64,000 nucleotides of DNA from a virus (IMGVR_UViG_3300028048_000059:93490-157489); one strand, 5' to 3'; numbered from the stretch's first letter, positions 27,017 to 38,186 are shown. Program-made: numbers and translations. The notes: generated by a model from the sequence alone, not told the origin.

Positions 27017-27640
27017 TTATACTGCTGTATCCGCTGTATAGGTTATGTGGTCACTTAGTACAGCGGTAGATCCATTTAATCCATTTGCAGTATCAATGAT
27101 TGTCCATTTCTGTTTTATAATTCCACCATATAGTTCACTTGGTGAAAAAATTAATTGATCAAATGTTAATAAATATTGCGTGCCAGTTTGATTCACAGAG
27201 CTATTATAATAAGAAGATATTATATAACCGTGACTATCATCATAAAGGCCCACAAGAACTGGCCTTTTTCCTTGTTGTCGCCAACTAGAAATTTCTTCTC
27301 CACTCACTGGTTCAACCAACGGATACTCTATGCCGATGTCATAGCCATCTTCTTCTATTGGGTGTATTTTAATAAATTTATAATCTTTTAATAAGCTATC
27401 GGTTTCATCTGCTTCGCTTCCTCCGCCAGATGAAGAAGCAGTAGATAACAAAATCCATTGATGTTCACCGTTCGCAATATAAACTTCCAATTCCCCAGAT
27501 GCACCTTGTACAACAATAGCAACTGACCCCAGTGTTGAATATTCATATGCAATATTATTTAAATCATTGATGGTGTCGCAATAATGTTCGTAAGTAACAA
27601 CATTATCAGCGCTGCCCCGCTTTGACATTATATGTGCCAT
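27017..27640 (-). CDS. Putative structural protein
   Basis: KRGSADNVVTYEHYCDT...LGSVAIV shared with the neighbour. Confidence 0.7.
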   Translation of the reverse strand: MAHIMSKRGSADNVVTYEHYCDTINDLNNIAYEYSTLGSVAIVVQGASGELEVYIANGEHQWILLSTASSSGGGSEADETDSLLKDYKFIKIHPIEEDGYDIGIEYPLVEPVSGEEISSWRQQGKRPVLVGLYDDSHGYIISSYYNSSVNQTGTQYLLTFDQLIFSPSELYGGIIKQKWTIIDTANGLNGSTAVLSDHITYTADTAV

Positions 27641-27641
27641 A

Positions 27642-29309
27642 TTACATCACTCCAACATATTTGCCGCTAATCCAGCCAATTTGTCCAAGAATACTAATAG
27701 CATACCATCCATTATCAGTAATTAGCGGTTCACCCTGTGCGTTAACTAGTGGATCTAACTTTGTATTCTTTGCCAGTGTAGTTAAAATAGCATACGATGC
27801 ACTATTACCAGCGCGTACATTTACTGAGCCAGTCGTTTTATATCCATTAATTACTGGAATTGGCTCATCCTTTGGCTCGTCTGGCTCTGGCTCGCGATCT
27901 GCAATGGCAGACATAAGCGCGAGATGCGATTTTTCACCATAAATTCCATCTGCATTTAGGCCATATTTGCCTTGGAATTTTTTAACTGCTTCAAATGTGG
28001 CATTACCAAAATCACCGTCTTCAACCAAATTAGTACCAATTAATTCATTTAACAAGTGCTGCAATTCTTTAACGTCATCGCCTTTCAATCCCTTTTTAAG
28101 AAGGCGCGCGCCGAGTTGTTGTGTTGCAACACTATTCACTTCTATATATTTAAGTCCCGGAATTCTATACCAATGTAACCAATTGCGGTCCTTTAATTTT
28201 GTTATTACGCATCCGTAATTGAAGCCGCGTTCTTCTACGACTTCGCCATTACCAATATATACCCCTACGTGGCCAGAATAACGCACTGCCACACCAGGTA
28301 ATTCTGGAATAGTATCAATAGTGCCCCAATCTAAGCCTTGCTTTTTTGCATATTCAAATAAATCGTTCGCACTTTTATCTGGCATACCATTGCTAGCATA
28401 TTTTGTGGTGAATTTTGGAGTGGATTGACCAATTGATTCAATTACTCCTTCGCCGCCATTTGTCCAAAAGTATCCTTTTAGAAGACCGCAACAGTCTGAG
28501 CATACCTTATGTTCACTCACATGCTTTTTATAAGTGGCCATGCGGCCAGATGTATAGTGCGTTGAATATTGACTCTTTTTAGAATTTAGTAAAGAAGTGG
28601 TGCATGGCTGCACATATGTCCCATACCAATATGGTTGTCCGACAAACTTTTTACAAAATTCTACAAAATTGATATTAGTAAATTCTGCCATAGTTTCTTC
28701 CTCCTTTTCTAAAACCGACGTGTCAGTAAACCACGACAAGGATTTTGTTCCATTTAAAACATTTAAATCTACCTGTTCTTTGCAACCGGCTAATTTGCCC
28801 TTATCCGTATATTGCCATAACTCACATGGATAAATTGGTTTATATTTGGTATTGATCGCACCATTGTTTAATCCGTAACGCGGAATCCAAATAAAATCAA
28901 AATCATCTAATAAGGACTCAATATATGAGTATTTATCTTGCGGTATATATAAACCAATTTTCTTACACCCAAGCACTCGTAATTCATTTAAAAACGCTTC
29001 TGTAACATTTAATACAGTGGTTCGTGTTTGAGTGCTATGTTCTATGTCTGCAACGTAGAAAAGCGGCCGCAGTCCATTTTTTCGTGCTTGTTGCACAAAA
29101 TATTGTGCTTCTTTACGCGCGCCACTAGATGTGCCACTTTTTACATAGTGGTATACACCATATGGTATGCCGCATTCAGCAGCATATTGCGCATATTTAT
29201 TATCGGCATCAAGACCAACGCTCGCGCGGAAAATAACTAAATCTAGTTCTTTCCGCGCAAGTTCCCAGTCAATTTTGCCTTCATAATGACTAATATCGGC
29301 TATTTTCAT
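27642..29309 (-). CDS. Multidomain endolysin: GH25 muramidase + NlpC/P60-like peptidase + PG-binding + SH3b
   Basis: DISHY.G.IDW, D.E, WQYT..G; DC.GL.K...GHVGVY.G; G.DVK.LQ...DG.FG; GWISGKY. Confidence 0.9.
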   Translation of the reverse strand: MKIADISHYEGKIDWELARKELDLVIFRASVGLDADNKYAQYAAECGIPYGVYHYVKSGTSSGARKEAQYFVQQARKNGLRPLFYVADIEHSTQTRTTVLNVTEAFLNELRVLGCKKIGLYIPQDKYSYIESLLDDFDFIWIPRYGLNNGAINTKYKPIYPCELWQYTDKGKLAGCKEQVDLNVLNGTKSLSWFTDTSVLEKEEETMAEFTNINFVEFCKKFVGQPYWYGTYVQPCTTSLLNSKKSQYSTHYTSGRMATYKKHVSEHKVCSDCCGLLKGYFWTNGGEGVIESIGQSTPKFTTKYASNGMPDKSANDLFEYAKKQGLDWGTIDTIPELPGVAVRYSGHVGVYIGNGEVVEERGFNYGCVITKLKDRNWLHWYRIPGLKYIEVNSVATQQLGARLLKKGLKGDDVKELQHLLNELIGTNLVEDGDFGNATFEAVKKFQGKYGLNADGIYGEKSHLALMSAIADREPEPDEPKDEPIPVINGYKTTGSVNVRAGNSASYAILTTLAKNTKLDPLVNAQGEPLITDNGWYAISILGQIGWISGKYVGVM

Positions 29310-29321
29310 TGGCCTTTCTCC

Positions 29322-30500
29322 TTATTTGTAGAATATGAAGAATTGTTTACGTGCTTTTTGAACTTCTGAACTCGTGCCTTTCGCGCGATTAGATGCTGCG
29401 GAAGCTGGGTCGTTTATATAGAAGTATTTACCGTCCCATTTCCAAATGCAGCAGAAATGCATAATCCATCTATTTTCATAGTGGCCAGACCATCTCTTTC
29501 ATATTATTAATATAATACTAGTTGATGCTTCCACGCTGGAATTGCACCAGACGTGTACGAGTAAAACTCTGGTCGTTACACCTTCCATTAGGCTCGGCAC
29601 GGTATTACCATGTCCTTTTAGGATTTAGGTTCCCTTACTCATAATGTAATTGCTTACTTCTGAACCGTTAGCCGCTTACGCGACACCCTAGATTTCTAGG
29701 TTCATCAACTTTTACAACGGCCATTTCCCTTAACCGTTTTTTGTCCATTTGCTAGGCCCAAAGCTTACAACAGCAAGTGCTCCATTGCTTAATGCATTCT
29801 TCAAAGTCTCTACTGACGTTGTTTGCACAAATTTACTAGCGCCATATTTTTCTGCGCAATAACGGAAAAATGTCCAAGCAGTACCACTATCATAAGTACG
29901 ATACCCCTTTTGCACTGATAACGCACATAATTCACGAGGTGTGACGTTTTTATCCCACCATGTAGCTACTATATCTGCCATAGACGTTGGGCCACATCCT
30001 GAATTCTTAATTGTCTGACTCTTAGTGTGAGTAGAATACTTAACGCTACCCCAACGAGAATCGTATTGTTTGTAATCTACTGGTTTTTTCGTATTTGTTC
30101 CAGATGTTTTTGGAGCCGGCGCTGCGGTCGCAGAGAAAGCCATCTTCCACACATCTTTTGTCACAATACCAGTAATTATTAATTTGGAAGCAATTTGATA
30201 AGCGCGTGTGGAAGCTCGTGTTTTTGTACCAAAAATACCATCTACATCAACGCCTAAGAATGCTTGCCACATTTTAACTTCTTTCCCTCGCGATCCTACT
30301 TTTAATTCTGGCATTTGCGCCGCAATTAAATTCCAATCGCTTTCAGAAAACACGCCATCTTTCTCCATTCCGTTCTTTTCTTTCCAATTATTTACTGCTG
30401 CCTCAGTTTTTGTGCCAAAAATACCATCAGCGCTAACGCCAAGGAAAAATTGAAGGACACGCACTTCTGTGCCATTACTCTTGCGTTTTAATGCTTTCAT
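29322..30500 (-). CDS. PG-binding x2 + C39-like cysteine peptidase, spliced: join(29733-30500, 29322-29459)
   Basis: Q.D.RW and SGCGPTS motifs; splicing restores WTKNG^HF...INDP. Confidence 0.88.
29460..29732 (-). mobile_element. Group I intron (273 nt, ORF-less) in the C39-like lysin
   Basis: P1 AACGGU/GCCGUU; P10 GAAAUG/CAUUUC; R GUAACGACCAG; S GAGAUGGUCU; terminal G. Confidence 0.9.
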
Positions 30501-30629
30501 TGCTATCATCCTCCAATTTGATGAAACGTCCATCTTCTGTACGAATCCAAATTTCATCTTCCGTTTCTTTCTCATAGTTATTTGCTTCTGTTGCTACACC
30601 AATGTTAAATATATTCATATTATCACCCC

Positions 30630-31340
30630 TTATGTTGGGATTCGTGGATACACAATGTTTGAATCGATTGAATAGGTTCCGTTACTAATTGTGCATTTTG
30701 TTTGCATACCGTCATATTGCGCGGCCATTTTCATAGAACGATATTTTGGATCACTGCCTTGCCAGACCTGCCAATTTGTATCGGTGGTTCTTTTATAAGT
30801 CCAAACTACTGTGACGTCTGAATCTGCCATATAATCTATATCAAAGCGAGCCGTTTCCCCAACCGCTGCATATACGTCTACTGGCTGTGATGTTATTTCA
30901 ATACCAGTATCAATCGCTCTTGGGATATTGTCTCCCCAATATGTTGTTGTGCCATTAGAAGTAAGAACTTGGTTTTCAGTTCCTAAACCAATTGGATCGG
31001 CCCATGCGCCGTCATTTCGTAAGAATGTCGTTGTGCTTGAACCGAGTTGCGGCCCACTTGTTACAGTGTTTGTGCCATTGAATTTTGCCAAGTAGCCACT
31101 TGTACCACTACCAGTGATATTGTTGGCGATACTTGGAGTAACAGTAACGTCTTGCGCAGTGCCACCTAATGGCGTCACTGTAAATTTATTGGTGCCGCCG
31201 CTAAATGTATATGTAGTATCAGTTAAAGAGGGACTAGAAACGCCATTGATAATCCATTTTTTTGTACTAGTACCAAGATTATATGTGTCAGTAATTGCTG
31301 GTAACAAATCAACACCAAAATTCATATTATCATTCGCCAT
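30630..31340 (-). CDS. Virion fibre/decoration protein with C-terminal Ig-like domain
   Basis: LR.DG.W repeat; ITSQP.DV...G.TA.F Ig motif. Confidence 0.7.
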   Translation of the reverse strand: MANDNMNFGVDLLPAITDTYNLGTSTKKWIINGVSSPSLTDTTYTFSGGTNKFTVTPLGGTAQDVTVTPSIANNITGSGTSGYLAKFNGTNTVTSGPQLGSSTTTFLRNDGAWADPIGLGTENQVLTSNGTTTYWGDNIPRAIDTGIEITSQPVDVYAAVGETARFDIDYMADSDVTVVWTYKRTTDTNWQVWQGSDPKYRSMKMAAQYDGMQTKCTISNGTYSIDSNIVYPRIPT

Positions 31341-31351
31341 ATTATCCCTCC

Positions 31352-31852
31352 TTAACCTGATGTTACAGTAGTATTACCGTTGTTGTCAACGGAAAAATGA
31401 AATGTAATTGCTGGCTCTGCGCCATTTGGTACAGTTATGTCAAAACTTTTTCCATTTGTAAGAGTGACGCCAGTAATATAAACATTTGTTCCATCCCAAC
31501 TCGCAGACGTGGAAGCGCCGCCTGATGGGCTTATATTGATAGCTTTTTCTACCCAACCGCTAACCGCGGCGGCATACATAAAACTTGACCGCGTGACCGA
31601 AGCATGCGGTACTAATGAAACACCTGACGTATCTGTTGTGCTGGTGGTTGCATTGGTAAAAGTCCCGGTAGCCGTTTTATCAGTAAGATCGCCGCCTTTA
31701 AAGGTGGGTGTTGCGCTTTTTGCAGATAAATTTAAAACAATCGGTTTATCCACATATTGTGTAGATGTGGCTAATGTAACCGCTGTCCCAGATTGCTTTG
31801 TTAATTGAATATTGCCAGTCCATTTACCATCTTGATTAACTAGTGTCGCCAT
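31352..31852 (-). CDS. Thr/Ser-rich structural protein
   Basis: Composition; N-terminus resembles that of 31889-34183. Confidence 0.65.
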   Translation of the reverse strand: MATLVNQDGKWTGNIQLTKQSGTAVTLATSTQYVDKPIVLNLSAKSATPTFKGGDLTDKTATGTFTNATTSTTDTSGVSLVPHASVTRSSFMYAAAVSGWVEKAINISPSGGASTSASWDGTNVYITGVTLTNGKSFDITVPNGAEPAITFHFSVDNNGNTTVTSG

Positions 31853-31888
31853 TTAATCATCTCCTTTATCTCATCATATGAAGATAGA

Positions 31889-34183
31889 TTAAGTGGTTGT
31901 TATAGTATATGCACCAGCGTATGTCGCCATTGTACCTGTGATGAGCGCGCCATTGTTATCAAATGCAGTATAACCGCTTAAAATGTAGTTGGCTGGGGCG
32001 TTTGCGCCTTCTGCGTCTGGCACCAATTTTGCCAAACTAATTTTAGAAGCGGGGACATAACCTGGGTTGATGTATAAATAATCGCCAGAAATAAGAACTG
32101 GTGCGGTACTTGATATATCTGTATAGGTGGTGCCGCTAGTTGCGCTATTGGCGAAGGTAGCTTGGGAGATTGGAATATACATAACATCCGAAGCAGCAGC
32201 GCCGTAAGTATATTGATTGCCTGTGGCAACAGTATATTCCCCAGCATCGTTGCCGCCATAGCCGGACATGTTAACTTGCGCACTTGGACGCACAGTGCCA
32301 GTAACTGCGCTAGACGCCACAGCAATATAATAATTTCCAGAGCCTGGTTTAGTTTTAGTTGCTGTGCCCGCTTGCGCGATGTTTGTGTCTGAGTGCTTGC
32401 CTATTAACGGCTTTTGTGTCAATGCCCCGCTAATAGTGCCTTGAATGGTAATCTTGCGTAAAGCAACGTTAGTTGTGGCAGTGTTAGTATTTTTTGTACC
32501 TATACTATCACTTACATATCCTTCATTTGTGATTGACGGTGCCGCTATTGTGGTAGTTACTGTTGCAGAAAAATTCCCTTGATTAGAATCATATTCCAAC
32601 AGTGAATCAGTTATGGAAGTTGTTGCAGATCCAGATTGAATCGTGCCAACTTTAATTGGTACATAAGTCGCTGTTGCTGCGTTGCTACCAACACTTAATA
32701 CAGTCGCAGTTGCTGTATTATAATTACTAGTCGTACCATAACCTGCCGTTGTAACAGTACCTGTAATATTAACATTACTTGATTTGGCCGCCGCATCAAC
32801 ACGAACATAAGCACCGCTGGTGGGCTTTGTCGTAGTAACTGCGCCACTTGCAGCATCAGTCCAAGTATCTGAACCTGGTTTTGCCGTGCGAGAAATAGCA
32901 GGAGTAACTTTTAGTGTGCCTGTATAACTTGCCCCTACTTCAACTTTATTCAATGTTTGTGTTGCTTCAACAGCACCGGTCTGCTTTGTGCCCTCAGAAG
33001 AACTAACATAGCCAGCAGTGCTAACAGTTGGCGCTGGCACAGTCCCAGTAATAGCAACAGTAAAGTTATCATTTGTGCTATCATAAATTGGGGTGCCATA
33101 AGTTAAAGTAGATACATTACCACTCTTTACAGTACCGAGATCCACTGATGTTGAACCTGCACTTACCCAGCCATCTGTATAGCTAACCGTGCGGCCGCTT
33201 ACTGTTGGAGTGGTTGTTGTAATTGGGATATAATAGATATCAGATTGCGCAGCGCCGACTGCTACTAAGTTTTGTGAAGAGACAAAATTACTTGTTGTAC
33301 CATAACCAGATTTTAAAACTTCTGGTATAAATGCAGCATTATCTATATTACTATTAGAGCGCACAGCAACATATACGCCGCTAGTAGGAGCAGTGGATGT
33401 GCTTGCGCCACTTGCTGCATCAGTTACACCTGTAATACTAATTGTTTGTTTTGTTAACGTTGGCTTTCTAGTGGTTGCTGCTGAACCATCTGCTAGTCGA
33501 GCGGCTAATTGAATTGCGTCAACAGTTGTGGTTACAACCGCACCACCAGTATTAGCATTTTTCGTACCTTTTGTGCTAGAAATATAACCTGGAATATTAA
33601 TCGTTGGCGCGCTTACATCAGCAGAACCAGTAATATTAAATTTAGAGGTAGAGCTATCATATGCATAAGACAATGAACTAATTGTCGCACTACCAGATGT
33701 AATTTCACCTGCTGCGCCAGAGTCCGCGGCTCCAATAACTAATGTGCGGGCCGCATTGTAGCCCTCTGTGATTGTAATTGTTTGATTTGAATCTGTCGGA
33801 ACAATAGTTGAACCAGACGCTATTGTGCTAGTTCCTTGTTGCATAATAGATTGGCTTACCTTACCAATTCCTATACTGTCAGATTCATTATATCCAGATG
33901 TTTCAACCCACCCAGCCGTTGAAACATTTAAATTTGCACTAATATTATTAGTAGGATAATAATATCCACTTGTGGCGGTTCCCCAAGTCGGTGATTGTGT
34001 TGTATTCCCAGTAAGAGTAAGCTCTGCGGTCGCTGGGCGGGCCGTCAATTGTAATCTAATTTCTTTATCAATAAATTGGTCAGTTGTATTAAAGTCAATA
34101 ACTGTACCGGTTTGTTGAGTCAAAGTATGGTCTAAAACAAATTTTCCGCCAACTACTGACATCTGACCAGTTGTACTTGCCAT
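31889..34183 (-). CDS. Large Thr/Ser/Gly-rich repetitive structural (fibre-like) protein
   Basis: About three internal repeats (AP.....GY.S...GTK; P.SG.Y..V). Confidence 0.7.
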   Translation of the reverse strand: MASTTGQMSVVGGKFVLDHTLTQQTGTVIDFNTTDQFIDKEIRLQLTARPATAELTLTGNTTQSPTWGTATSGYYYPTNNISANLNVSTAGWVETSGYNESDSIGIGKVSQSIMQQGTSTIASGSTIVPTDSNQTITITEGYNAARTLVIGAADSGAAGEITSGSATISSLSYAYDSSTSKFNITGSADVSAPTINIPGYISSTKGTKNANTGGAVVTTTVDAIQLAARLADGSAATTRKPTLTKQTISITGVTDAASGASTSTAPTSGVYVAVRSNSNIDNAAFIPEVLKSGYGTTSNFVSSQNLVAVGAAQSDIYYIPITTTTPTVSGRTVSYTDGWVSAGSTSVDLGTVKSGNVSTLTYGTPIYDSTNDNFTVAITGTVPAPTVSTAGYVSSSEGTKQTGAVEATQTLNKVEVGASYTGTLKVTPAISRTAKPGSDTWTDAASGAVTTTKPTSGAYVRVDAAAKSSNVNITGTVTTAGYGTTSNYNTATATVLSVGSNAATATYVPIKVGTIQSGSATTSITDSLLEYDSNQGNFSATVTTTIAAPSITNEGYVSDSIGTKNTNTATTNVALRKITIQGTISGALTQKPLIGKHSDTNIAQAGTATKTKPGSGNYYIAVASSAVTGTVRPSAQVNMSGYGGNDAGEYTVATGNQYTYGAAASDVMYIPISQATFANSATSGTTYTDISSTAPVLISGDYLYINPGYVPASKISLAKLVPDAEGANAPANYILSGYTAFDNNGALITGTMATYAGAYTITTT

Positions 34184-34195
34184 ATTATTCACCCC

Positions 34196-34732
34196 TTAAC
34201 CATATATACCTTGATAAACAGGAACTATAACATCTTGACTGCCATCAAACGTATAATTTTGATTAGAACCAAAAGTAATACTATGTTCCAATTTTTTTGG
34301 TATGAGTTCTTCTGCTGTCTTACCATTCAATGTACCAGCGTCTATGAAAGCTAATGACGAGACAGTTGTTGTACCATCACCAAGCTTCATACTCGGCACT
34401 TTAATGAGGCCGCCACTTGGTGATTGCACTGTCCGCCAATCGCTATAAATAATTACTTCACCTTGCTCTGGTACATATGTAGAATGGTCAGACCAATATT
34501 CTTTTGTATGCTGTGTTATTTTTGTTATAGCTGGCTTGTTTTTTATATATGAATCAGATTGTGGATCTGTTTCAGACCAATCTGCTTGTGTTTTTTCTTC
34601 TGTATCAGGAACCATATATAAAGTATTAGGATCGTAATAATATGTGGTTCCGTCAACCGTAATTTGCTGCTCTGCAATTAAAGTTTTATATTGCTCTTTT
34701 GTAAGAGTAATAATCTGTTTTAAGATTGACAT
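34196..34732 (-). CDS. Structural protein with P..GE.IIY...K.GDG fibre motif
   Basis: QADW..TD....YIKNKP and KLGDG motifs. Confidence 0.7.
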   Translation of the reverse strand: MSILKQIITLTKEQYKTLIAEQQITVDGTTYYYDPNTLYMVPDTEEKTQADWSETDPQSDSYIKNKPAITKITQHTKEYWSDHSTYVPEQGEVIIYSDWRTVQSPSGGLIKVPSMKLGDGTTTVSSLAFIDAGTLNGKTAEELIPKKLEHSITFGSNQNYTFDGSQDVIVPVYQGIYG

Positions 34733-34754
34733 ATTAATCCTCCTACTTTATTTA

Positions 34755-37127
34755 TTACCCTTTTATATAATTAGTTGAACTATCGAAAACCTGAGTTAAA
34801 TCGGTTTGTTCGACCCAACTACCATTTATTTTTTTATATACTTTTGTTGCTTCTCTCCAACTGCCACCTATTTTTAAATATAAATGCTGAGAGCTGCCGC
34901 AAGTAACAACAATTGTATGCGCGGCGTTTACACTTGTTAATTCATAAATGTAATTAGCAATTTTTGTGCCACCTTTGGTAGTTTCTTCATATTGCAACGA
35001 AAACGTTCTATCCACGTTGTTATCTTTTAATGTAACTTGTGCGTTTGCATCATTTGGGACAATTAATAATCTATAATCATATCCTGCTAATACAACCGTT
35101 TGACCATCAGGGTACATCTTAGCGTCCGTTCCAGAAGAAGTTATAAAATAGTAATCGACATCGCCAAAAATAAAAACTAAGCTATGTTTTTGATTAATAT
35201 TATTTAATGTATAAGTATATGTGCCGCCAGCAGATGATTGCTCGACACTTGTTACTTTCCACTGCAAGTTATCGTTGTTGCTATTAGAACCGTCGTCTTT
35301 GCCATATTTTATATCTATAAAGTGTTCCCCAGCAGGAACCTCATAGGTTATGGTCTGCGGGTTCGCACTATTAGAACACATTGCTAATTGATAATTTGAA
35401 GTGCTATCAGACGGAGACGAACTACCAGAGCTTGCGGTTAGTCCATCTGTTGCGACCTCCGTATCTATTTTTCCGAACAAACCATAATCGTAATTGGCCT
35501 CAGCATAGTTTATATATGTTATTGTTACAAGGCAATCACTTTCAAAACTCATATTGAGTCGCGCAACTGATGCTGATTTATTAACACCATCATTAGTAGA
35601 AACATAATAACCAGTAGAAGAATTTAAATTAAATCCATAACTGGCGCCAGAGACTTGTGTTGTAACTGTATAAGTATTAACTGGCGGGACATGTACTAAT
35701 TGACTTGTTATATCCACGCCATTATCTAAGGCAAGCGTTAGTTGCGGATCAAGTGGGTGGATTGTAACTACTTGATTGCTGCCTTCTTGCACACGCTCTG
35801 TACCTGTTCCCGGAGTAGTTTGCGCATTGATACTCGAAATAGTTATTGGATAATAGGTATAAGTTGGATCTTCCTCTGGTGGAATAAAAGGCCCGGACTC
35901 ATCAATTAAGATAGTGTGGTCTGCATTAATATTAGTTATAGAGTAAGTCCAATAATATAGATTGCCAGAAGATGGCATATCATATTCTACTGTCCAAGTA
36001 ACACCAGTAACAAGGCCGCCATAATAACCAACTGTATGCCGCAATTTAGCGTTTTGTAATTCTGCTCGCGTCCAATTTCCAACATCTGGCATATCATTTG
36101 TAGTTATTGAAGTGCTAGTAAATTCATAATACTCGCCCTTTGCAGTCGAACCAGCATATGCTTGTACACGAGATACATAAGTGCTGCTGACCGTAGAACT
36201 TTCTCTGTGACCAGTTACTTTAATATTAACGCTTGTAATTGTCGCTTCCTCTGGTATATCACTAAAATCAAAACTATATTCTGCATAGCCAGTGCTACTT
36301 TGTGAAGCATACATGTTGCTAGTAGAACTATATGGACTTTCTGCACTATGGCCAACTGCATATTCAGCATATTGAGAGCCACTTTGAATGCCAGAAGTAG
36401 TAACTGATGCTGGGTATTTCTTCAAAGTGTCACCAGTTGGTAATAAGTGTTGTTCTAATTGTTCAGTAATATCAGTATTGTTGTCTGTTATTTCTAAACC
36501 AGTTATACTTTCGCCGTCGATTCTCACAACCGCATTACTACCAGACATTATTTCTTGCGTTGCCGGTGAAGGTGTCACGCCAGAAACAGTGCTAGTAGCA
36601 GTAATTGTATATGCAGTGCCACTAACAGAATAATTTATTGTTAAATCTGCGCCATAGAAATATAAGTAGGCCGCACGTGTTGTGTTACTTGTGCCGCGAG
36701 TACCAGTATATCTAATTTGAATATTATTTAGCTCAGAACGTGTCCAACTACCGGGAGTTAGATCGTATGTAGTCGCGGTAGTTGTGCGTGCGGAAACAGA
36801 ACTGCCTTTTGCTGTGCTATCGTTGTACAGTTGAAGCACAGCAGTTGAAAGATATTGAGTAGAACTTACGCGGGCTTTCGCACTACAAGTAATTGAGTCA
36901 ATTGTTGCTGCCGCGGGAACATCCGATACATCGAAAGTATAAGAAATGTAAGTCGTTGCACGAGATCCTGTATTACATGTGATATATGCGTAATTAGTAG
37001 ACGACGTACCGTCATAGCCATTAGAAATTGGATATGAGCTACTTACAGAAGAATAAGATGAATTTGAACTATCATAACCAGAGGGGTATAAAGTTATGCT
37101 ATCTTGTATATCTATTTGTCTTGCCAT
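34755..37127 (-). CDS. Large beta-rich structural protein with duplicated domains
   Basis: FD.SD.P..ATI.S and G.WTR.EL.N each occur twice. Confidence 0.7.
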   Translation of the reverse strand: MARQIDIQDSITLYPSGYDSSNSSYSSVSSSYPISNGYDGTSSTNYAYITCNTGSRATTYISYTFDVSDVPAAATIDSITCSAKARVSSTQYLSTAVLQLYNDSTAKGSSVSARTTTATTYDLTPGSWTRSELNNIQIRYTGTRGTSNTTRAAYLYFYGADLTINYSVSGTAYTITATSTVSGVTPSPATQEIMSGSNAVVRIDGESITGLEITDNNTDITEQLEQHLLPTGDTLKKYPASVTTSGIQSGSQYAEYAVGHSAESPYSSTSNMYASQSSTGYAEYSFDFSDIPEEATITSVNIKVTGHRESSTVSSTYVSRVQAYAGSTAKGEYYEFTSTSITTNDMPDVGNWTRAELQNAKLRHTVGYYGGLVTGVTWTVEYDMPSSGNLYYWTYSITNINADHTILIDESGPFIPPEEDPTYTYYPITISSINAQTTPGTGTERVQEGSNQVVTIHPLDPQLTLALDNGVDITSQLVHVPPVNTYTVTTQVSGASYGFNLNSSTGYYVSTNDGVNKSASVARLNMSFESDCLVTITYINYAEANYDYGLFGKIDTEVATDGLTASSGSSSPSDSTSNYQLAMCSNSANPQTITYEVPAGEHFIDIKYGKDDGSNSNNDNLQWKVTSVEQSSAGGTYTYTLNNINQKHSLVFIFGDVDYYFITSSGTDAKMYPDGQTVVLAGYDYRLLIVPNDANAQVTLKDNNVDRTFSLQYEETTKGGTKIANYIYELTSVNAAHTIVVTCGSSQHLYLKIGGSWREATKVYKKINGSWVEQTDLTQVFDSSTNYIKG

Positions 37128-37140
37128 AATTTACACCCCT

Positions 37141-37353
37141 TTAAGTCTGAATATAGATATCACCATTCACACCAGTAGATGATGACGGAGCAGATGAACC
37201 GCTATAAATGGTTTGGAATGTTACTGTTCCAGTCAATTGTTCACCGTTGGCTCCATAAAACACTTTTCCAGAAGCAACGTCCGCTGCGGTCGCTGTTGTA
37301 TTTGTTATATCAATTAAAGTTGTACTTCCATAAATTACTTTATTAATTGCCAT
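37141..37353 (-). CDS. Small structural protein (NKVIYG..TLID.T motif)
   Basis: Paralog of the next gene's N-terminus. Confidence 0.7.
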   Translation of the reverse strand: MAINKVIYGSTTLIDITNTTATAADVASGKVFYGANGEQLTGTVTFQTIYSGSSAPSSSTGVNGDIYIQT

Positions 37354-37359
37354 AGACTA

Positions 37360-37953
37360 TCACGCCCCGGCAATAGTAACTGTCTTACCTCCTGCGGCGT
37401 TATCTGTCTCCGTGTATGGAATTGCATTAACAGTTACTTGTGAAAGGTAATTGTACGTAGGTGAGTCAGGTGTAATAACTTGTTGTGTAGTGGTTGGAGT
37501 AACAATTTTGGACTGAGCGCTTGCGTCTTCTGTGCCGCTCATTGTACCTTCTACACCTAAAATTGTTACGCCTTGACGGATATTTTCTGCAATAATCTTA
37601 TCTTGCTCTGTGCTTAATATACTAACTTGTCCAGAACCATCGTGATAGCCTTGCGGCACTACGTATGTGCCAGCCACAGTAGAAATTGTGCCAGTAACTG
37701 CACCGCGATTTGGCATTGTACCAGTTAGCTTTGAGCCCGCTTTATATGCTGTTTTAGTTGCTAAAATTTCAGAAGCTACGGCAGTGGCATCTGATGTATC
37801 TGCGTCATAAGTATTAATACCTGTGCTGGCTTCGCCGCTTGGTAAGTGGAATTTTTTACCTGATGCAACGTCTGCCGCGGTAACGTCATCGCTAGTCAAG
37901 TCAATAAGGGTATTGCCGCCATAAATTACTTTATTTACATATTGATTTGGCAT
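37360..37953 (-). CDS. Structural/tail protein
   Basis: GTMPNRG, GYHDGSG.V and NIRQGVTILGV.G motifs. Confidence 0.75.
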   Translation of the reverse strand: MPNQYVNKVIYGGNTLIDLTSDDVTAADVASGKKFHLPSGEASTGINTYDADTSDATAVASEILATKTAYKAGSKLTGTMPNRGAVTGTISTVAGTYVVPQGYHDGSGQVSILSTEQDKIIAENIRQGVTILGVEGTMSGTEDASAQSKIVTPTTTQQVITPDSPTYNYLSQVTVNAIPYTETDNAAGGKTVTIAGA

Positions 37954-37958
37954 AAGAG

Positions 37959-38186
37959 TCACTCTCCAATAATTACGGTGTACCCACCGCTAAGATTTGT
38001 TGTTTCATAATAAGATACAGGCTCTATAACGATGTCATCTTTAAGCCCTTTGTTTTTTGTGGACAGGATTTGTTCGCCACGAGCCTGGCTCTGTACAGTG
38101 TAAGATCCAATATATGGCTCAAATTCAGTGCTTTCAGGATTTGGTGTAGTAGGGGACCACCTTTTATTATTTAAGTAGAGGGGCAT
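37959..38186 (-). CDS. Small structural protein
   Basis: Y.G.Y.V...L.T.NK....DI...N..GG.TV.IG pattern. Confidence 0.65.
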   Translation of the reverse strand: MPLYLNNKRWSPTTPNPESTEFEPYIGSYTVQSQARGEQILSTKNKGLKDDIVIEPVSYYETTNLSGGYTVIIGE

